32,353 bases of DNA from Acidimicrobiia bacterium (lineage in GTDB: Bacteria > Actinomycetota > Acidimicrobiia > Spongiisociales > JAHEDJ01). The stretch is from positions 1 through 32,353 of the forward strand of contig JARGFH010000044.1 in the NCBI GenBank assembly GCA_029210695.1, in the 5' to 3' direction. Made by a program: the position numbers and the translations under genes. The notes under the pieces are model-generated. The model was not told the origin of the DNA. It did no database searches and saw only the letters and a list, made by a program, of their open reading frames with translations. Below are positions 1 to 9,209 of the stretch, piece by piece; within the stretch, counting starts at the first letter, position 1, and each line of letters opens with the position of its first letter.

Positions 1-73
1 ACAGTGGGTATTCCCTCTCAGGAGGTGGGGAATTTCAGTGAGCAGGTCTGGGGAGTTTCAATGAGCGTGGTCA
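1..73 (-). mobile_element. Terminal region (probably left end) of an IS21-family insertion sequence extending off the window
   Basis: The minus strand from 73 reads TGACCACGCTCATTGAAACTCCCCAGACCTGCTCACTGAAATTCCCCACC. It has a TG terminus and two 18-bp repeats (26-43, 49-66; 16/18 identical), then an SD-like GAGAGGGA and ...CACTGT at the edge, possibly a cut GTG start of istA. No transposase is in the window. Confidence 0.7.
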
Positions 74-205
74 CTGTGACAGAAAAGCATTGGAGGGGAC
101 CGTTTAGATGAAAAACCGCGAGAACACACTGGCAATTGGCAATTGGCTCCGTGCCAACAGAGGGACAAAACGAATCAGCCCCCTTTCGCTTTTGTCTGCT
201 GGCTT

Positions 206-533
206 GAGTTGCGCAGCAACTCACACCTGCCGGCGCAGCCGGCAGGCGGATACCCCCCCGATGTTTGGATCAGGAATCGGGACTCTCCATTTCGCCCAAC
301 GTCGCTTCGCTACCGGGGGAGGAAACCAGGCGGCATCAATAGCTGTTGCTGTGATTTCCCGCATCTCGCTCCTGATGGGCGGAAATACGCGCCTTTCAGT
401 CTCGCTTGTCTTTTCGACATACCTTCTTGGTCGTCGATTCTTCTTCGGAGGCCGGCCCAACATCGCTTCGCTCCTGTGCGCGAGGAAACCTGCTCCGTTC
501 AGCAACTCGCACCTGCCGGCGTAGCCGGCAGGC
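206..533. repeat. REP-like intergenic repeats with GC-rich hairpins
   Basis: A 34-bp repeat at 214-247 and 500-533 (2 mismatches) contains the hairpin CCTGCCGGC-N3-GCCGGCAGG. A second repeat GCCCAAC(G/A)TCGCTTCGCT..GAGGAAACC occurs at 294-327 and 455-490. Confidence 0.65.
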
Positions 534-1763
534 TCACATGCCCGCTCGCAGTGCATCCACCGGCTCCAGCCGGGCGGCACGGAGCGACGGGTAGAGGCCG
601 GCCAGCAATCCGACCACTGTTCCCAGCGCCGGGGCCGCCACGGGGACCCAGGGCTCGAGGACGGGCGTCCAGGTGCGGCTAGCGGCGACCCCGACGACGA
701 CCAGAACGCCGACGCTCGCTCCGACCACCCCGCCGATGAATCCCATCCCGGCGCTCTCGATGAGGAACTGGTAGGCGATGTGTCGACGGGCGGCGCCGAG
801 TGAACGGCGCAAACCAATCTCGCCGACCCGTTCGAGGACCGACACCAAAGTCACGTTGGCGATGCCGATGGCGCCGATCAGCAGCGACACTCCGCCGAGC
901 ACGAGGAAGAGGGCGTCGACGTCTTCCTCGACACCTGAAATCAGGCTGGTCGGATCCGCAGGCGCCTGCACCCGCAAACGACCCGGCTCATTGGGGTTGA
1001 GCGCAATCGGTGCCTGCTCGGCAATGAGTTGGGCAGCTCCGAGCTCGGCGCGGATATGCACTTCGTCGATTCCGTTCAGGCCAAAGAGCTTCCTTGCCGT
1101 CCCGTTCGGGATGATCACGGCGTCGAGTAGGCGGGGCTCCTTGGCCAGGTCATCGATGATGCCGACGACGATGAACGGGTGTTCCCCGATGAAGATGGCG
1201 GGTTGGTGGTCTACGCGATCGATGTTGAGGCGTTGCGCGGCACTTCTGCCGAGCAGTGCGACGGGGTCTGCCCGATCCGAGTGACCTTCATCGAAGAAAC
1301 GTCCGGTCCTGAGTTCGGCTACGAAGACTTCCAGCGTTCCCGGCGAGGCTGCCACGACATTCAATGCAAACTCGTTGCGGGCGAGCGGATCGCGCAGTGG
1401 GACCGAGCGAGTGAGGGATCCGGCGGTGTCGACGTTGGTCAGCGTTCCGGCGGCCACAACACCGTTCAAGCGTTCGAGTCTGTCCTGAGCATCCCACGGC
1501 AGCAGGTTGACTTCCGGTTGTGGCCCGAAGAACCCGAACTCCGACCGGTTCGAGACGGTCACGCTCGTGGCGATGAGCGGATCGAAGCGAGTCACGATCT
1601 GGTTGCCAGCCGTTTTGGCAATTCCGAGTGTGGCAACGATCGCTCCGATGCCGAGCACGGTCCCGAGAATGGTCAATATCGTGCGTCCCGGCCTTGCCAG
1701 CATCGAGGTCACAGCTTCGGCCACTAGATCGCGCACGGCAAAGCGGGGCTTCGGGTTGTTCAT
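534..1763 (-). CDS. ABC transporter permease, MacB/FtsX family
   Basis: N-terminal RTILTILGTVLGIGAIVA TM, large extracytoplasmic domain, C-terminal FtsX motif GIANVTLVSVLERVGEIGLRRSLGA and ending YPSLRAARLEPVDALR. Confidence 0.93.
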   Translation of the reverse strand: MNNPKPRFAVRDLVAEAVTSMLARPGRTILTILGTVLGIGAIVATLGIAKTAGNQIVTRFDPLIATSVTVSNRSEFGFFGPQPEVNLLPWDAQDRLERLNGVVAAGTLTNVDTAGSLTRSVPLRDPLARNEFALNVVAASPGTLEVFVAELRTGRFFDEGHSDRADPVALLGRSAAQRLNIDRVDHQPAIFIGEHPFIVVGIIDDLAKEPRLLDAVIIPNGTARKLFGLNGIDEVHIRAELGAAQLIAEQAPIALNPNEPGRLRVQAPADPTSLISGVEEDVDALFLVLGGVSLLIGAIGIANVTLVSVLERVGEIGLRRSLGAARRHIAYQFLIESAGMGFIGGVVGASVGVLVVVGVAASRTWTPVLEPWVPVAAPALGTVVGLLAGLYPSLRAARLEPVDALRAGM

Positions 1764-2446
1764 GTGCTGGTCTCGAGTTCGGTCAGGATCCCGTCCAGCA
1801 TCTCGACTTGACGCTCTGCATGGGCACCCACGGTGGCATCGTGAGTGACGACTACGAGTGTGAGGCCGTCGCGCCGCAGGTCATCAAATGCTGCAAGGAC
1901 CGATTCGCTGGTCTTGGTGTCCAGGTTCCCGGTGGGCTCGTCGGCGAGCAGGAGGCTCGGTTCCGCAACGATCGCTCTGGCGATGGCAACGCGCTGCCGT
2001 TCGCCACCCGAGAGCGTATCGGGCGTCTGCTCCATTCGGTGCCCCATGCCGACCCGCGCCAGAGCGGTTCGGGCAGCTTCTCGCCGCTCTTTTCGAGGGA
2101 ATCCGTTGTAGAGCAGAGCCGTCATGACGTTCTCGATGACCGTGCGGTGGCGTAGTAGGTGAAATGCCTGGAACACGAACCCGATCTTGCGGCCGCGTAG
2201 TGCAGTGCGTTCGGAATCAACCGCGGCCCGCACGTCGACTCCGTCGAGGAGGTACGACCCGCTGGTGGGCTCGTCGAGTAGGCCCAGCACATTGAGCAGG
2301 GTCGACTTGCCGGACCCTGACGGCCCCATGACCGCCACGTACTCGCCTTCATAGATCGCCAGGTCGACACTGCGCAAGGCGTGGACCGGTTGTGTTCCCT
2401 CGAACGTCCTCGAGACGCTTTCGAGGAGGACGACGGGGAGGCTCAT
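1760..2446 (-). CDS. ABC transporter ATP-binding protein, LolD/MacB type
   Basis: Walker [10 protein letters not shown], signature [14 protein letters not shown], Walker [13 protein letters not shown]-loop VTHD; 4-bp overlaps with neighbours. Confidence 0.95.
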   Translation of the reverse strand: MSLPVVLLESVSRTFEGTQPVHALRSVDLAIYEGEYVAVMGPSGSGKSTLLNVLGLLDEPTSGSYLLDGVDVRAAVDSERTALRGRKIGFVFQAFHLLRHRTVIENVMTALLYNGFPRKERREAARTALARVGMGHRMEQTPDTLSGGERQRVAIARAIVAEPSLLLADEPTGNLDTKTSESVLAAFDDLRRDGLTLVVVTHDATVGAHAERQVEMLDGILTELETST

Positions 2447-4158
2447 GCGTCTGAGCTAGGCGCGGTGGGGGCCTGCTCCGTCCCGACGACTACCCGATCG
2501 CCTTCGTGGATCTCTCCATCCACGGCGTTGATCTCGGCGTATCCACCGGCGTCCAGGCCGATCGTCACGACGAGAAAGGTGGTTGTGCCGTCCTCGTGTT
2601 CGACTTCGATCCGCGTCGCGCCGTCTGCGGTCGCAGACAACGCGGCCAGCGGGACGGCCAGAACGTCCCCGCCCGTCGACTCAACGGGAATCGTCAGCTT
2701 GACGTTGAATCCCTCCGAGAGGTCTTCGTTTGGACTCACCTCGAGGTAGACGCGATCGCCATCGACGTTGTTGGTGCCGGGACGGTCTGCCTTTTTGGTG
2801 ACCACACCGGTGGTGGTGATGTCGCTGAATGAGTCCTCGATGATGACCTCGTCGCCGACGTCGATGAGGCCGGCATCGGCCACGGCGATCGACGTATCGA
2901 TGGCGAGTTCAGATCCGGTGACTTGCATGACCTCACCCGCGACGCCGTCGCCGCGTTCGACGAAGACGCGGTCGATACGAACGGGTAACCGTCGCATGAA
3001 CATGATTTCGGATCGCAAGGCGGTGACGCCCGTCTTGGCCAAGAGGCCGTTGTACGTCGCCTGAGCTTCGCTGAGGCGTTTGTTTGCATCGGAGAGCGCA
3101 GCGTCGGATTCGCTTGTGTCTGCCGGTGTGAGTGTCTCGCTGCGTCTGGCCTTTTCGATGGCGAGTCGGTCTTCGGCGTCTGCTACGAGATTGGCGTTGT
3201 TGCGGGCAGTCTGGTCTCGATCGATCAAGGACTGGGCCAGCCACGATTCCGCCTCCCGCAGCGCCATGGCGGCGTCGATCGACGCCTGCTCCAAAGCGGC
3301 GAGTTCTTCGGGTGTGAGCGGTGGCTCGGCTGCTTGCCCGGTGGCAAGCTGTTCGGCGGCGAGTGCTTTGGCGGCGGTTGCGTCCGTCACGTCTTGCTCT
3401 GCGGACGTAACCGCCGCCGCCGCAGCTGCGTCGGAGGCGCCGGCATTTGCCCTGGCGTCTTCCAGAGCCCGCTGGGACGATGCGACCGCCGCGTCGAGTT
3501 CCAGGATGGCTGATTGGGGCAGGGGCGCCTTGGCTGCCGCCAGGGCTTGTTTGGCGAACGTGACGTCTCTGGCCGCCGCGTCCACCGATGATTTGGCCGC
3601 GTCCAACTCGGCCTGCTCCTGCTCGTTCGGGCCGATCGGTTCATATCCGAGCGATCGGTACCAGGCGTCGACGGCGGTAGCTGTGTCTCCGCTGTAGGCG
3701 CCGTCGACTGCTCCCGGGTCGAAGCCGAGTCGTGCCAGCGCCTCCTCGAGCTGCAGGACGTCATCGCCTTCATCACCAGGGCGAATCGACCGGAACATGG
3801 GCAAGTCACCCTGCAACACGAGAATGGGCCGTCCCGACACTTCAATGACCAGGGACCCCTCCGTCAGGTCTGTGCCCTCGTCGGGCGCGAGAGTGACAAT
3901 CGACGCGCCCCCGAGTACAGCGGGCGGATCCGCCAGCGTGATGCCGGCCGGCTGATCGAACCGCACATCGCCTCTGATGATTATGTCGCGGCCAAGGGTC
4001 CGCATTTCGACCGGCACGGTGATGCGCGACGGAGGCGGAGGTTCAGCCTCCGCCGCTACCTGAGCCGGCGATTTGATCTGGCTTCCGGCGTACCATCCAC
4101 CACCCGCCGCCGCCACGACAGCGGCGAGTCCGATCGTGAGGGTTGTCGTTCGGCGCAC
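2443..4158 (-). CDS. Membrane-fusion/adaptor-like protein with peptidoglycan-binding domain and long coiled coil
   Basis: N-terminal anchor; PG_binding_1-like GDEGDDVLQLEEALARLGFDPGAVDGAYSGDTATAV; Ala/Glu-rich helical middle; MFP-like C-terminus (LAVPLAAL, GDRVVVG). GTG start. Confidence 0.85.
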   Translation of the reverse strand: MRRTTTLTIGLAAVVAAAGGGWYAGSQIKSPAQVAAEAEPPPPSRITVPVEMRTLGRDIIIRGDVRFDQPAGITLADPPAVLGGASIVTLAPDEGTDLTEGSLVIEVSGRPILVLQGDLPMFRSIRPGDEGDDVLQLEEALARLGFDPGAVDGAYSGDTATAVDAWYRSLGYEPIGPNEQEQAELDAAKSSVDAAARDVTFAKQALAAAKAPLPQSAILELDAAVASSQRALEDARANAGASDAAAAAAVTSAEQDVTDATAAKALAAEQLATGQAAEPPLTPEELAALEQASIDAAMALREAESWLAQSLIDRDQTARNNANLVADAEDRLAIEKARRSETLTPADTSESDAALSDANKRLSEAQATYNGLLAKTGVTALRSEIMFMRRLPVRIDRVFVERGDGVAGEVMQVTGSELAIDTSIAVADAGLIDVGDEVIIEDSFSDITTTGVVTKKADRPGTNNVDGDRVYLEVSPNEDLSEGFNVKLTIPVESTGGDVLAVPLAALSATADGATRIEVEHEDGTTTFLVVTIGLDAGGYAEINAVDGEIHEGDRVVVGTEQAPTAPSSDA

Positions 4159-4161
4159 CGG

Positions 4162-5355
4162 TCAATAGCCCAGCTCGTTCTGCATGTCCTTCTGTTTTTG
4201 GAGTAACTCGAAGTTCTCGAGAATGAACTGGGCTTCGTACTCCTCCTGGACTTCAGTTCTGAGATCCATCATGTCGCCACCGCACTCGGTGTCTGCCGCG
4301 GCAATCGCCAGTTCCTCATCGGCGAGGGCCTGGATCTGTTCTGGATCCACATCCGGTCCCCACGGACCGACGTTGGCGTATGCCTCCTCATAGAACGCCT
4401 CACGTTCGTCCTCGGGAAGGGCCTGGGCCTGAGCTTCGATCTGCTGGTAGAACTCATCCTGGCCGGACCAGAGGTCCTGGCCAAGCTCGTCCAGATACAT
4501 CCAGATGTCTTCCTGGGTCGTGAACGAGTATCCGGCGGCGGACATGCAAGCGGCCCATTCCTCGTTGGCTTCGACGATGCGTGGGTCGGATTCGATCCTG
4601 CTCCAGAGATCCTCATAGGCAGGTTCGAGCTGCTGCCAGATATCCTCGAGCTCCGGATCTGGTCCGAAGCCACCGTAGGTGTCCTCGTAGGCGAGGTTCT
4701 GGCAACCGCCGATCTCCGACCAATCCGGCTCCACCCAGACCTCGTTGCCTTCCTCGTCGAGGGTCGGGGCAACCTCTTCGAAGTTCTCCCAGTTCCCATA
4801 CAGGGCAACCTCGTAGGCCTGACGCTCAGAATCTGAGAGCGACTCCTGATACACCCAGTTGGGGTCGTCCTCTGGGTTGTATTGCTGATCGAACCCGCCC
4901 TCTTCGAAGGCTGCGGTTTCCTCGAGCATCATGGTGAAGTATCCGTATCCGTACTTGGCCTTCCACTCCTCTTCGGTGAGGTCCTCACCGGGACCGAAGT
5001 AGCCGAAGTCCTGGTCCTGGACGAACGGGGTGTACTCGAAGCCTTCCGCGGCCATACATTCGGCGATGGACTGCTGGACCTCCATCTCCTGCTCGCGATA
5101 GCGTGCTTCGTCGGCGGCCGGGTCGAAGTTCTCCTCACCGTATCCAAAGAAATCGGCAAGGGTCTTCGGGATATCCCCGGCGTCCGGACTGGTCGTCTCC
5201 GTCGACTGATCCCCGCTCGTGCCATCGTCGACGATGTCCGCAGCCACGTCCCCGCCGGTCGTTCCGCCACCGCAGGCGGCGGCCAATACCGACAGGATCG
5301 CCACCAGCGCGATCAACTTGAGCGTTACCCGGTTACCGCCAGAACGCGACATCAT
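4162..5355 (-). CDS. Highly acidic lipoprotein of unknown function
   Basis: Signal peptide with lipobox LAAAC-GG; Asp/Glu-rich; duplicated motif AECMAAEGFEY / AACMSAAGYSF; first gene of the export operon. Confidence 0.8.
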   Translation of the reverse strand: MMSRSGGNRVTLKLIALVAILSVLAAACGGGTTGGDVAADIVDDGTSGDQSTETTSPDAGDIPKTLADFFGYGEENFDPAADEARYREQEMEVQQSIAECMAAEGFEYTPFVQDQDFGYFGPGEDLTEEEWKAKYGYGYFTMMLEETAAFEEGGFDQQYNPEDDPNWVYQESLSDSERQAYEVALYGNWENFEEVAPTLDEEGNEVWVEPDWSEIGGCQNLAYEDTYGGFGPDPELEDIWQQLEPAYEDLWSRIESDPRIVEANEEWAACMSAAGYSFTTQEDIWMYLDELGQDLWSGQDEFYQQIEAQAQALPEDEREAFYEEAYANVGPWGPDVDPEQIQALADEELAIAAADTECGGDMMDLRTEVQEEYEAQFILENFELLQKQKDMQNELGY

Positions 5356-5385
5356 GATGCACCCCCGGTTGACTATCCCTTGTAA

Positions 5386-5411
5386 GACGCTCGGACACGC
5401 CTCTGAGTTCC
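5386..5411 (-). promoter_or_regulatory. Putative ECF sigma promoter (GGAAC-N17-CGTC)
   Basis: Minus strand GGAAC tcagaggcgtgtccgag CGTC, about 30 bp upstream of the lipoprotein start. Confidence 0.55.
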
Positions 5412-5465
5412 ATTAAACGCTAGACCGATGGTGCGGTGCAACGGGAATTCCACCACTAGCCTGCC

Positions 5466-6419
5466 ATGGCAATGTCCTCAGACGCCCATCTCGACGCCCG
5501 TTTCATCAGGTTCGGTCATGACGAATGGGCTGATCTACGCGCCAACACACCGATGACGCTGGACGAATCCGATCTTGATCGCTTGCGGGGCATCAACGAG
5601 AAGCTGTCGCTCGACGAGGTCGCGCAGATCTACCTTCCGCTCTCCCGACTGCTGAACCTCTACGTGGCCGCTTCCCAGCAGTTGTACAAAGTGACCGACA
5701 CGTTCCTCGGCCAACCCGCCGAACGAGTGCCGTACGTCATCGGGGTGGCAGGGAGCGTGGCAGTCGGAAAGTCGACGGTGGCCCGCGTTCTTCAGGCACT
5801 GCTGGCGCGTTGGCCTGACCACCCGAAGGTCGACCTCGTTACAACGGACGGATTCCTCTATCCAAACGCAGAGCTCGAACGACGCGGCCTCATGGACCGC
5901 AAGGGTTTTCCCGAGAGCTACGACGTACGTCGCCTCGTCCGGTTCATGGCGTCCGTGAAAGCCGGGGAGGGGGAGGTGGCGGTCCCGGTCTACTCGCATC
6001 TTGCCTACGACGTCGTGCCGGGGGAGCAGCGGCTGACCAACCGGCCGGACATCCTCATCGTCGAGGGGCTCAACGTCCTGCAGACCGGCGACGGAGGAGC
6101 TGTCCGGGCCCGGGTTTTCGTCTCTGACTTCTTCGACTTCTCGATCTATATGGATGCCGATGAAGACCACATCGTGCAGTGGTACGTCGATCGATTCCTG
6201 ACGCTGCGCACGACGATCTTCCAGGATCCCAACTCCTACTTCCATCGCTACGCACTTCTCAGTGAAGGCGAGGCGATCGAGACGGCGATGGACATCTGGA
6301 CACGGATCAATGGTCCGAATCTCCGCGAGAACATCCTGCCGACCCGCGAGAGAGCGCACCTCATCATCGAGAAGGATGCGGATCACACGATCAAGCAGGT
6401 CAGGTTGCGGCGGATCTAG
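5466..6419 (+). CDS. coaA: Type I pantothenate kinase
   Basis: [14 protein letters not shown]-loop [62 protein letters not shown]. The start may be the ATG at 5472. Confidence 0.97.
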   Translation: MAMSSDAHLDARFIRFGHDEWADLRANTPMTLDESDLDRLRGINEKLSLDEVAQIYLPLSRLLNLYVAASQQLYKVTDTFLGQPAERVPYVIGVAGSVAVGKSTVARVLQALLARWPDHPKVDLVTTDGFLYPNAELERRGLMDRKGFPESYDVRRLVRFMASVKAGEGEVAVPVYSHLAYDVVPGEQRLTNRPDILIVEGLNVLQTGDGGAVRARVFVSDFFDFSIYMDADEDHIVQWYVDRFLTLRTTIFQDPNSYFHRYALLSEGEAIETAMDIWTRINGPNLRENILPTRERAHLIIEKDADHTIKQVRLRRI

Positions 6420-6425
6420 CGGCGC

Positions 6426-6508
6426 TAGGCCGTAGGCTGTGGGCCGTAGGCCAGAAACGCCCAATACCTACAACCTATTACCTACAACCTTTTTACCTAC
6501 TACCTTTT
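6426..6508. repeat. Degenerate heptamer tandem repeats in two opposed tracts
   Basis: TAGGCCG/TAGGCTG/TGGGCCG/TAGGCCA at 6426-6453, then ACCT cores at 6466, 6473, 6480, 6487, 6495 and 6502. Confidence 0.7.
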
Positions 6509-6509
6509 C

Positions 6510-7073
6510 ATGCCAATTGCTCCATCGCACCTTCGAGATCTCCTCACCACGTTCGTCCCGCCTGATGAGCTCCAGGCGTCCTATCGGAGTCGGATGCTCG
6601 ATCTGACTCGCATAGACGGCGACCCGACGGCGGGCGATCTCTACGACCCCGGCCATTTCACGGCCAGCGGATTCGTGGCCGCACCCGACCGGGACGGCGT
6701 CTTACTCATCCACCACACCAAGATCGGTACATGGCTGCAACCAGGAGGTCACATCGAGCCCGACGATGTGTCGATCGAACGAGCGATACGTCGGGAGGTC
6801 GAAGAAGAGACTGGTCTGGCGGACATGGCATCACTCGGGCTGCTCGACATCGACATCCACCAGTTCCCGGCTCGCCGGGACGGTCCGGCCCACCTCCATT
6901 TCGATGTTCGGTTCGGGTTCCTGGCAGCTTCGGGGATTGTTACCTCCGGAGAAGGCACCAGGGACGTGCGTTGGGTTGAGTTTGACCACGTGAGCCTCTG
7001 GAACTCCGACGTGAGCGTGACGCGCCCCTGCATGGCACTGCAATCACTGGTACGACAATCCTCCGCCGGCTGA
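6510..7073 (+). CDS. NUDIX hydrolase
   Basis: HFTASGFV, LLIHHTKIGTWLQPGGH, Nudix box GGHIEPDDVSIERAIRREVEEETGL, DIDIH, HLHFDVRF. Confidence 0.93.
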   Translation: MPIAPSHLRDLLTTFVPPDELQASYRSRMLDLTRIDGDPTAGDLYDPGHFTASGFVAAPDRDGVLLIHHTKIGTWLQPGGHIEPDDVSIERAIRREVEEETGLADMASLGLLDIDIHQFPARRDGPAHLHFDVRFGFLAASGIVTSGEGTRDVRWVEFDHVSLWNSDVSVTRPCMALQSLVRQSSAG

Positions 7074-7190
7074 TCATCCGGTACCCATGCGAATGACGGT
7101 TTGCCAGGTGTCGGGTGGCTGTGGATGCGATCGAGATCGAATCGCCAACCCGGCCGGCTGTTACTCTGCCCGGACCGACAGAATGGGTTC

Positions 7191-7724
7191 ATGCTCGACC
7201 GGATCATGCGGGCCGCCCGGCTCGATCAGAAGCTCTATACCGAGGTGTTCTTCGATTCGGCGGCTACCGGGGACGCCGTGTTGCTGGTGGCCGGAATCTA
7301 TGCCGCCGTCTACCTGGCCCTGGTGGTCAGCGGATCGGTTGGTTTCGGTGTCGTCTTCTTTATCAGCCTGTTGCTCGGCGGCTTGATCGGATGGCTGGTC
7401 GTCTCGGGCGGCCTGTGGTTAGCCGGCACCAAACTCTTCGATGCGTCGGCGCGCGGTGCCACAGTGATCCGCCTCACCGGATACAGCCACGCTCCGCTTG
7501 CTCTGCTGGTCGTTGCGCCGTTCGTCGGGTCGGTACTAGTCGATGTGGTCGTAGCAGCTGCTTTGATCTGGTTCGTGGCGGCGATCGGAGCGGCCGCTCG
7601 GGTCGTGTTCGATTTCGACACCCGCAAGGCGATGGCAAGTGCCGTTCTCGCAGTTGCGCTGTGGTGGGTCGTGCAAGCGATCGGGATCGGCGACGGCCTC
7701 GCCTCTCTGCTCCGCTTCTTCTGA
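7191..7724 (+). CDS. Yip1-like multi-pass membrane protein
   Basis: MLDRIMRAARLDQKLYTEV start, about 5 TM segments, VIRLTGYSHAP motif. The ATG at 7191 follows a -10-like CAGAAT by 6 nt (leaderless); the ORF track start 7101 is probably too long. Confidence 0.75.
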   Translation: MLDRIMRAARLDQKLYTEVFFDSAATGDAVLLVAGIYAAVYLALVVSGSVGFGVVFFISLLLGGLIGWLVVSGGLWLAGTKLFDASARGATVIRLTGYSHAPLALLVVAPFVGSVLVDVVVAAALIWFVAAIGAAARVVFDFDTRKAMASAVLAVALWWVVQAIGIGDGLASLLRFF

Positions 7725-7725
7725 C

Positions 7726-8460
7726 GTGACCGTTTACCGGATGGATCTGGCCTACGACGGCTCCGGCTTCCGCGGATACGCCCGTCAACTGAACGTTCGC
7801 ACTGTGCAGGATGACCTCGAGGCTGCTCTCCATCGAGTTGTGCCGGGCGTCGCGACGGTGGTCGCCGGCCGGACGGACGCCGGAGTCCATGCCGACGGGC
7901 AGGTGATCAGCTTTGAGAGTGACCAGGACCTCGACACCGGGCGGCTCCTCCGGTCTCTCAACAAGATGCTCAACCCCGAGATCGCGATCACCGCATTGGT
8001 TGCGGCGGCTGATGACTTCAATGCCAGATTCTCAGCGATCTCCCGCACCTATCGCTACCGGATCGACAACGGCCGGGTGCTCGATCCGCAATGGCGGCAT
8101 CGAGCATGGCGCGTTTCGTATGCCCTCGATATCGACAGAATGGCAGCCGCGGCCAAGCATTTCGAAGGCTTGCACGACTTTGCTTCATTCTGCAGGGCAG
8201 CTCCCGGACGGTCGAGTGAGCGGAAAGTGCTGGCGACGGAATGGAGGTACCTCCAGGATGGGATCCTCGAGTTCGAGGTGGCCGCCTCATCGTTCTGTCA
8301 TCAGATGGTGCGGGCGATGGTGGTGGCGTGCGTTGAGGTCGGGCGTGGGCGGCTGCCTCCCGAAGCCATCCCGCGCTTTCTCGAGGCCAGAGATCGTTCG
8401 ACCACCGGAGGAGCGGCACCTCCGCACGGCCTGACGTTGTGGCACGTGGGATACCCGTAG
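7726..8460 (+). CDS. truA: tRNA pseudouridine(38-40) synthase
   Basis: YDGSGFRGY, AGRTDAGVHA (catalytic Asp), FNARFSA, GLHDFASFC, SFCHQMVR, APPHGLTLWHVGY. GTG start at 7726 just after the upstream stop. Confidence 0.96.
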   Translation: MTVYRMDLAYDGSGFRGYARQLNVRTVQDDLEAALHRVVPGVATVVAGRTDAGVHADGQVISFESDQDLDTGRLLRSLNKMLNPEIAITALVAAADDFNARFSAISRTYRYRIDNGRVLDPQWRHRAWRVSYALDIDRMAAAAKHFEGLHDFASFCRAAPGRSSERKVLATEWRYLQDGILEFEVAASSFCHQMVRAMVVACVEVGRGRLPPEAIPRFLEARDRSTTGGAAPPHGLTLWHVGYP

Positions 8461-8543
8461 TCGCGGGTCTGACGAGCTACCCGCGACGAGCAACCCGCGA
8501 CTATCGGAATGTCGGACCGGGCGGTGGCGTTGCTTCGGGTACG

Positions 8544-9068
8544 TTGTACCGTCCTGCTCACATCGTCCGTGCGTTGCTGCTCCAACCGGACTCCTACCGG
8601 GATGCGTCGCTTCGCCGCGCCGGATCCAACGTATCGTCGGTGCTGTTCGTCCTCACGGTCTACAGCCTGCTCGCTTCATGGGCGATGTGGCTCGACCGTG
8701 CGTCGGGGGCGGGATTCCGAACCGCTGCAGCATTCGTCGTCTGGGGATTGCTTCGTTGGGTCGTCGTTGCGCCGATCCTCTGGTTCATCGGCGTGCACGG
8801 CGTCGAAGGGGAAGGAACCCTCGGAGCGATGTACCGGGCAACGGCTCTGGCGCACGCTCCGCTCCTGCTCCAGGTCATGCCGCTAGACGTGAGCTTCGCC
8901 AATGTCGTCGCCGCCGTCTGGTTCGTGCTGGCGCTGATGGTGGCGGGCCGGGCGGTATTGGGACTCTCCGTCCGGCGGGCGGCCGGCACCGCGGTCATGG
9001 CGGCCGCCGGCCTGCTGATCGTATCGAATGTGTTTCTAGTCCCAATCGCCATCTTCGGGGTGGTGTGA
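8544..9068 (+). CDS. Yip1-like membrane protein (start uncertain)
   Basis: Hydrophobic ORF with MYRATALAHAPLLL, resembling the upstream Yip1-like protein. The frame is open from 8439; TTG 8544 avoids overlap with truA. Confidence 0.65.
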   Translation: MYRPAHIVRALLLQPDSYRDASLRRAGSNVSSVLFVLTVYSLLASWAMWLDRASGAGFRTAAAFVVWGLLRWVVVAPILWFIGVHGVEGEGTLGAMYRATALAHAPLLLQVMPLDVSFANVVAAVWFVLALMVAGRAVLGLSVRRAAGTAVMAAAGLLIVSNVFLVPIAIFGVV

Positions 9069-9070
9069 GG

Positions 9071-9152
9071 ACGCCCGATCGCCTATCGCCCAACGCCTAG
9101 GGCCCACTGCCTACTGCCACCGCCTATCGCCGGGTGCCAATTGCCAATTCCC
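9071..9152. repeat. Degenerate heptamer tandem repeat (GCCNNNN)
   Basis: GCC cores at 9081, 9088, 9095, 9102, 9109, 9116, 9122, 9129, 9136 and 9143. Confidence 0.65.
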
Positions 9153-9209
9153 ATTCTCCAAGAACCTATTGCTTATCTCTCGGGCCCATTGCTACGTTCC
9201 TCCCAACGT

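Noticed and set aside
108..817. ORFs 108-524, 143-682 and 221-817
   Set aside because: No recognisable motifs; they cross repeats or overlap the permease gene.
5535..6464. Long antisense ORFs (also 17979-18935, 20538-21590, 25518-26474, 29378-30388)
   Set aside because: Typical high-GC shadow frames opposite well-supported genes.
5466..7073. coaA and the NUDIX gene as part of the acyl-CoA system
   Set aside because: The link is plausible metabolically, but the NUDIX protein lacks a recognisable CoA-pyrophosphatase motif and no shared regulatory site was seen.
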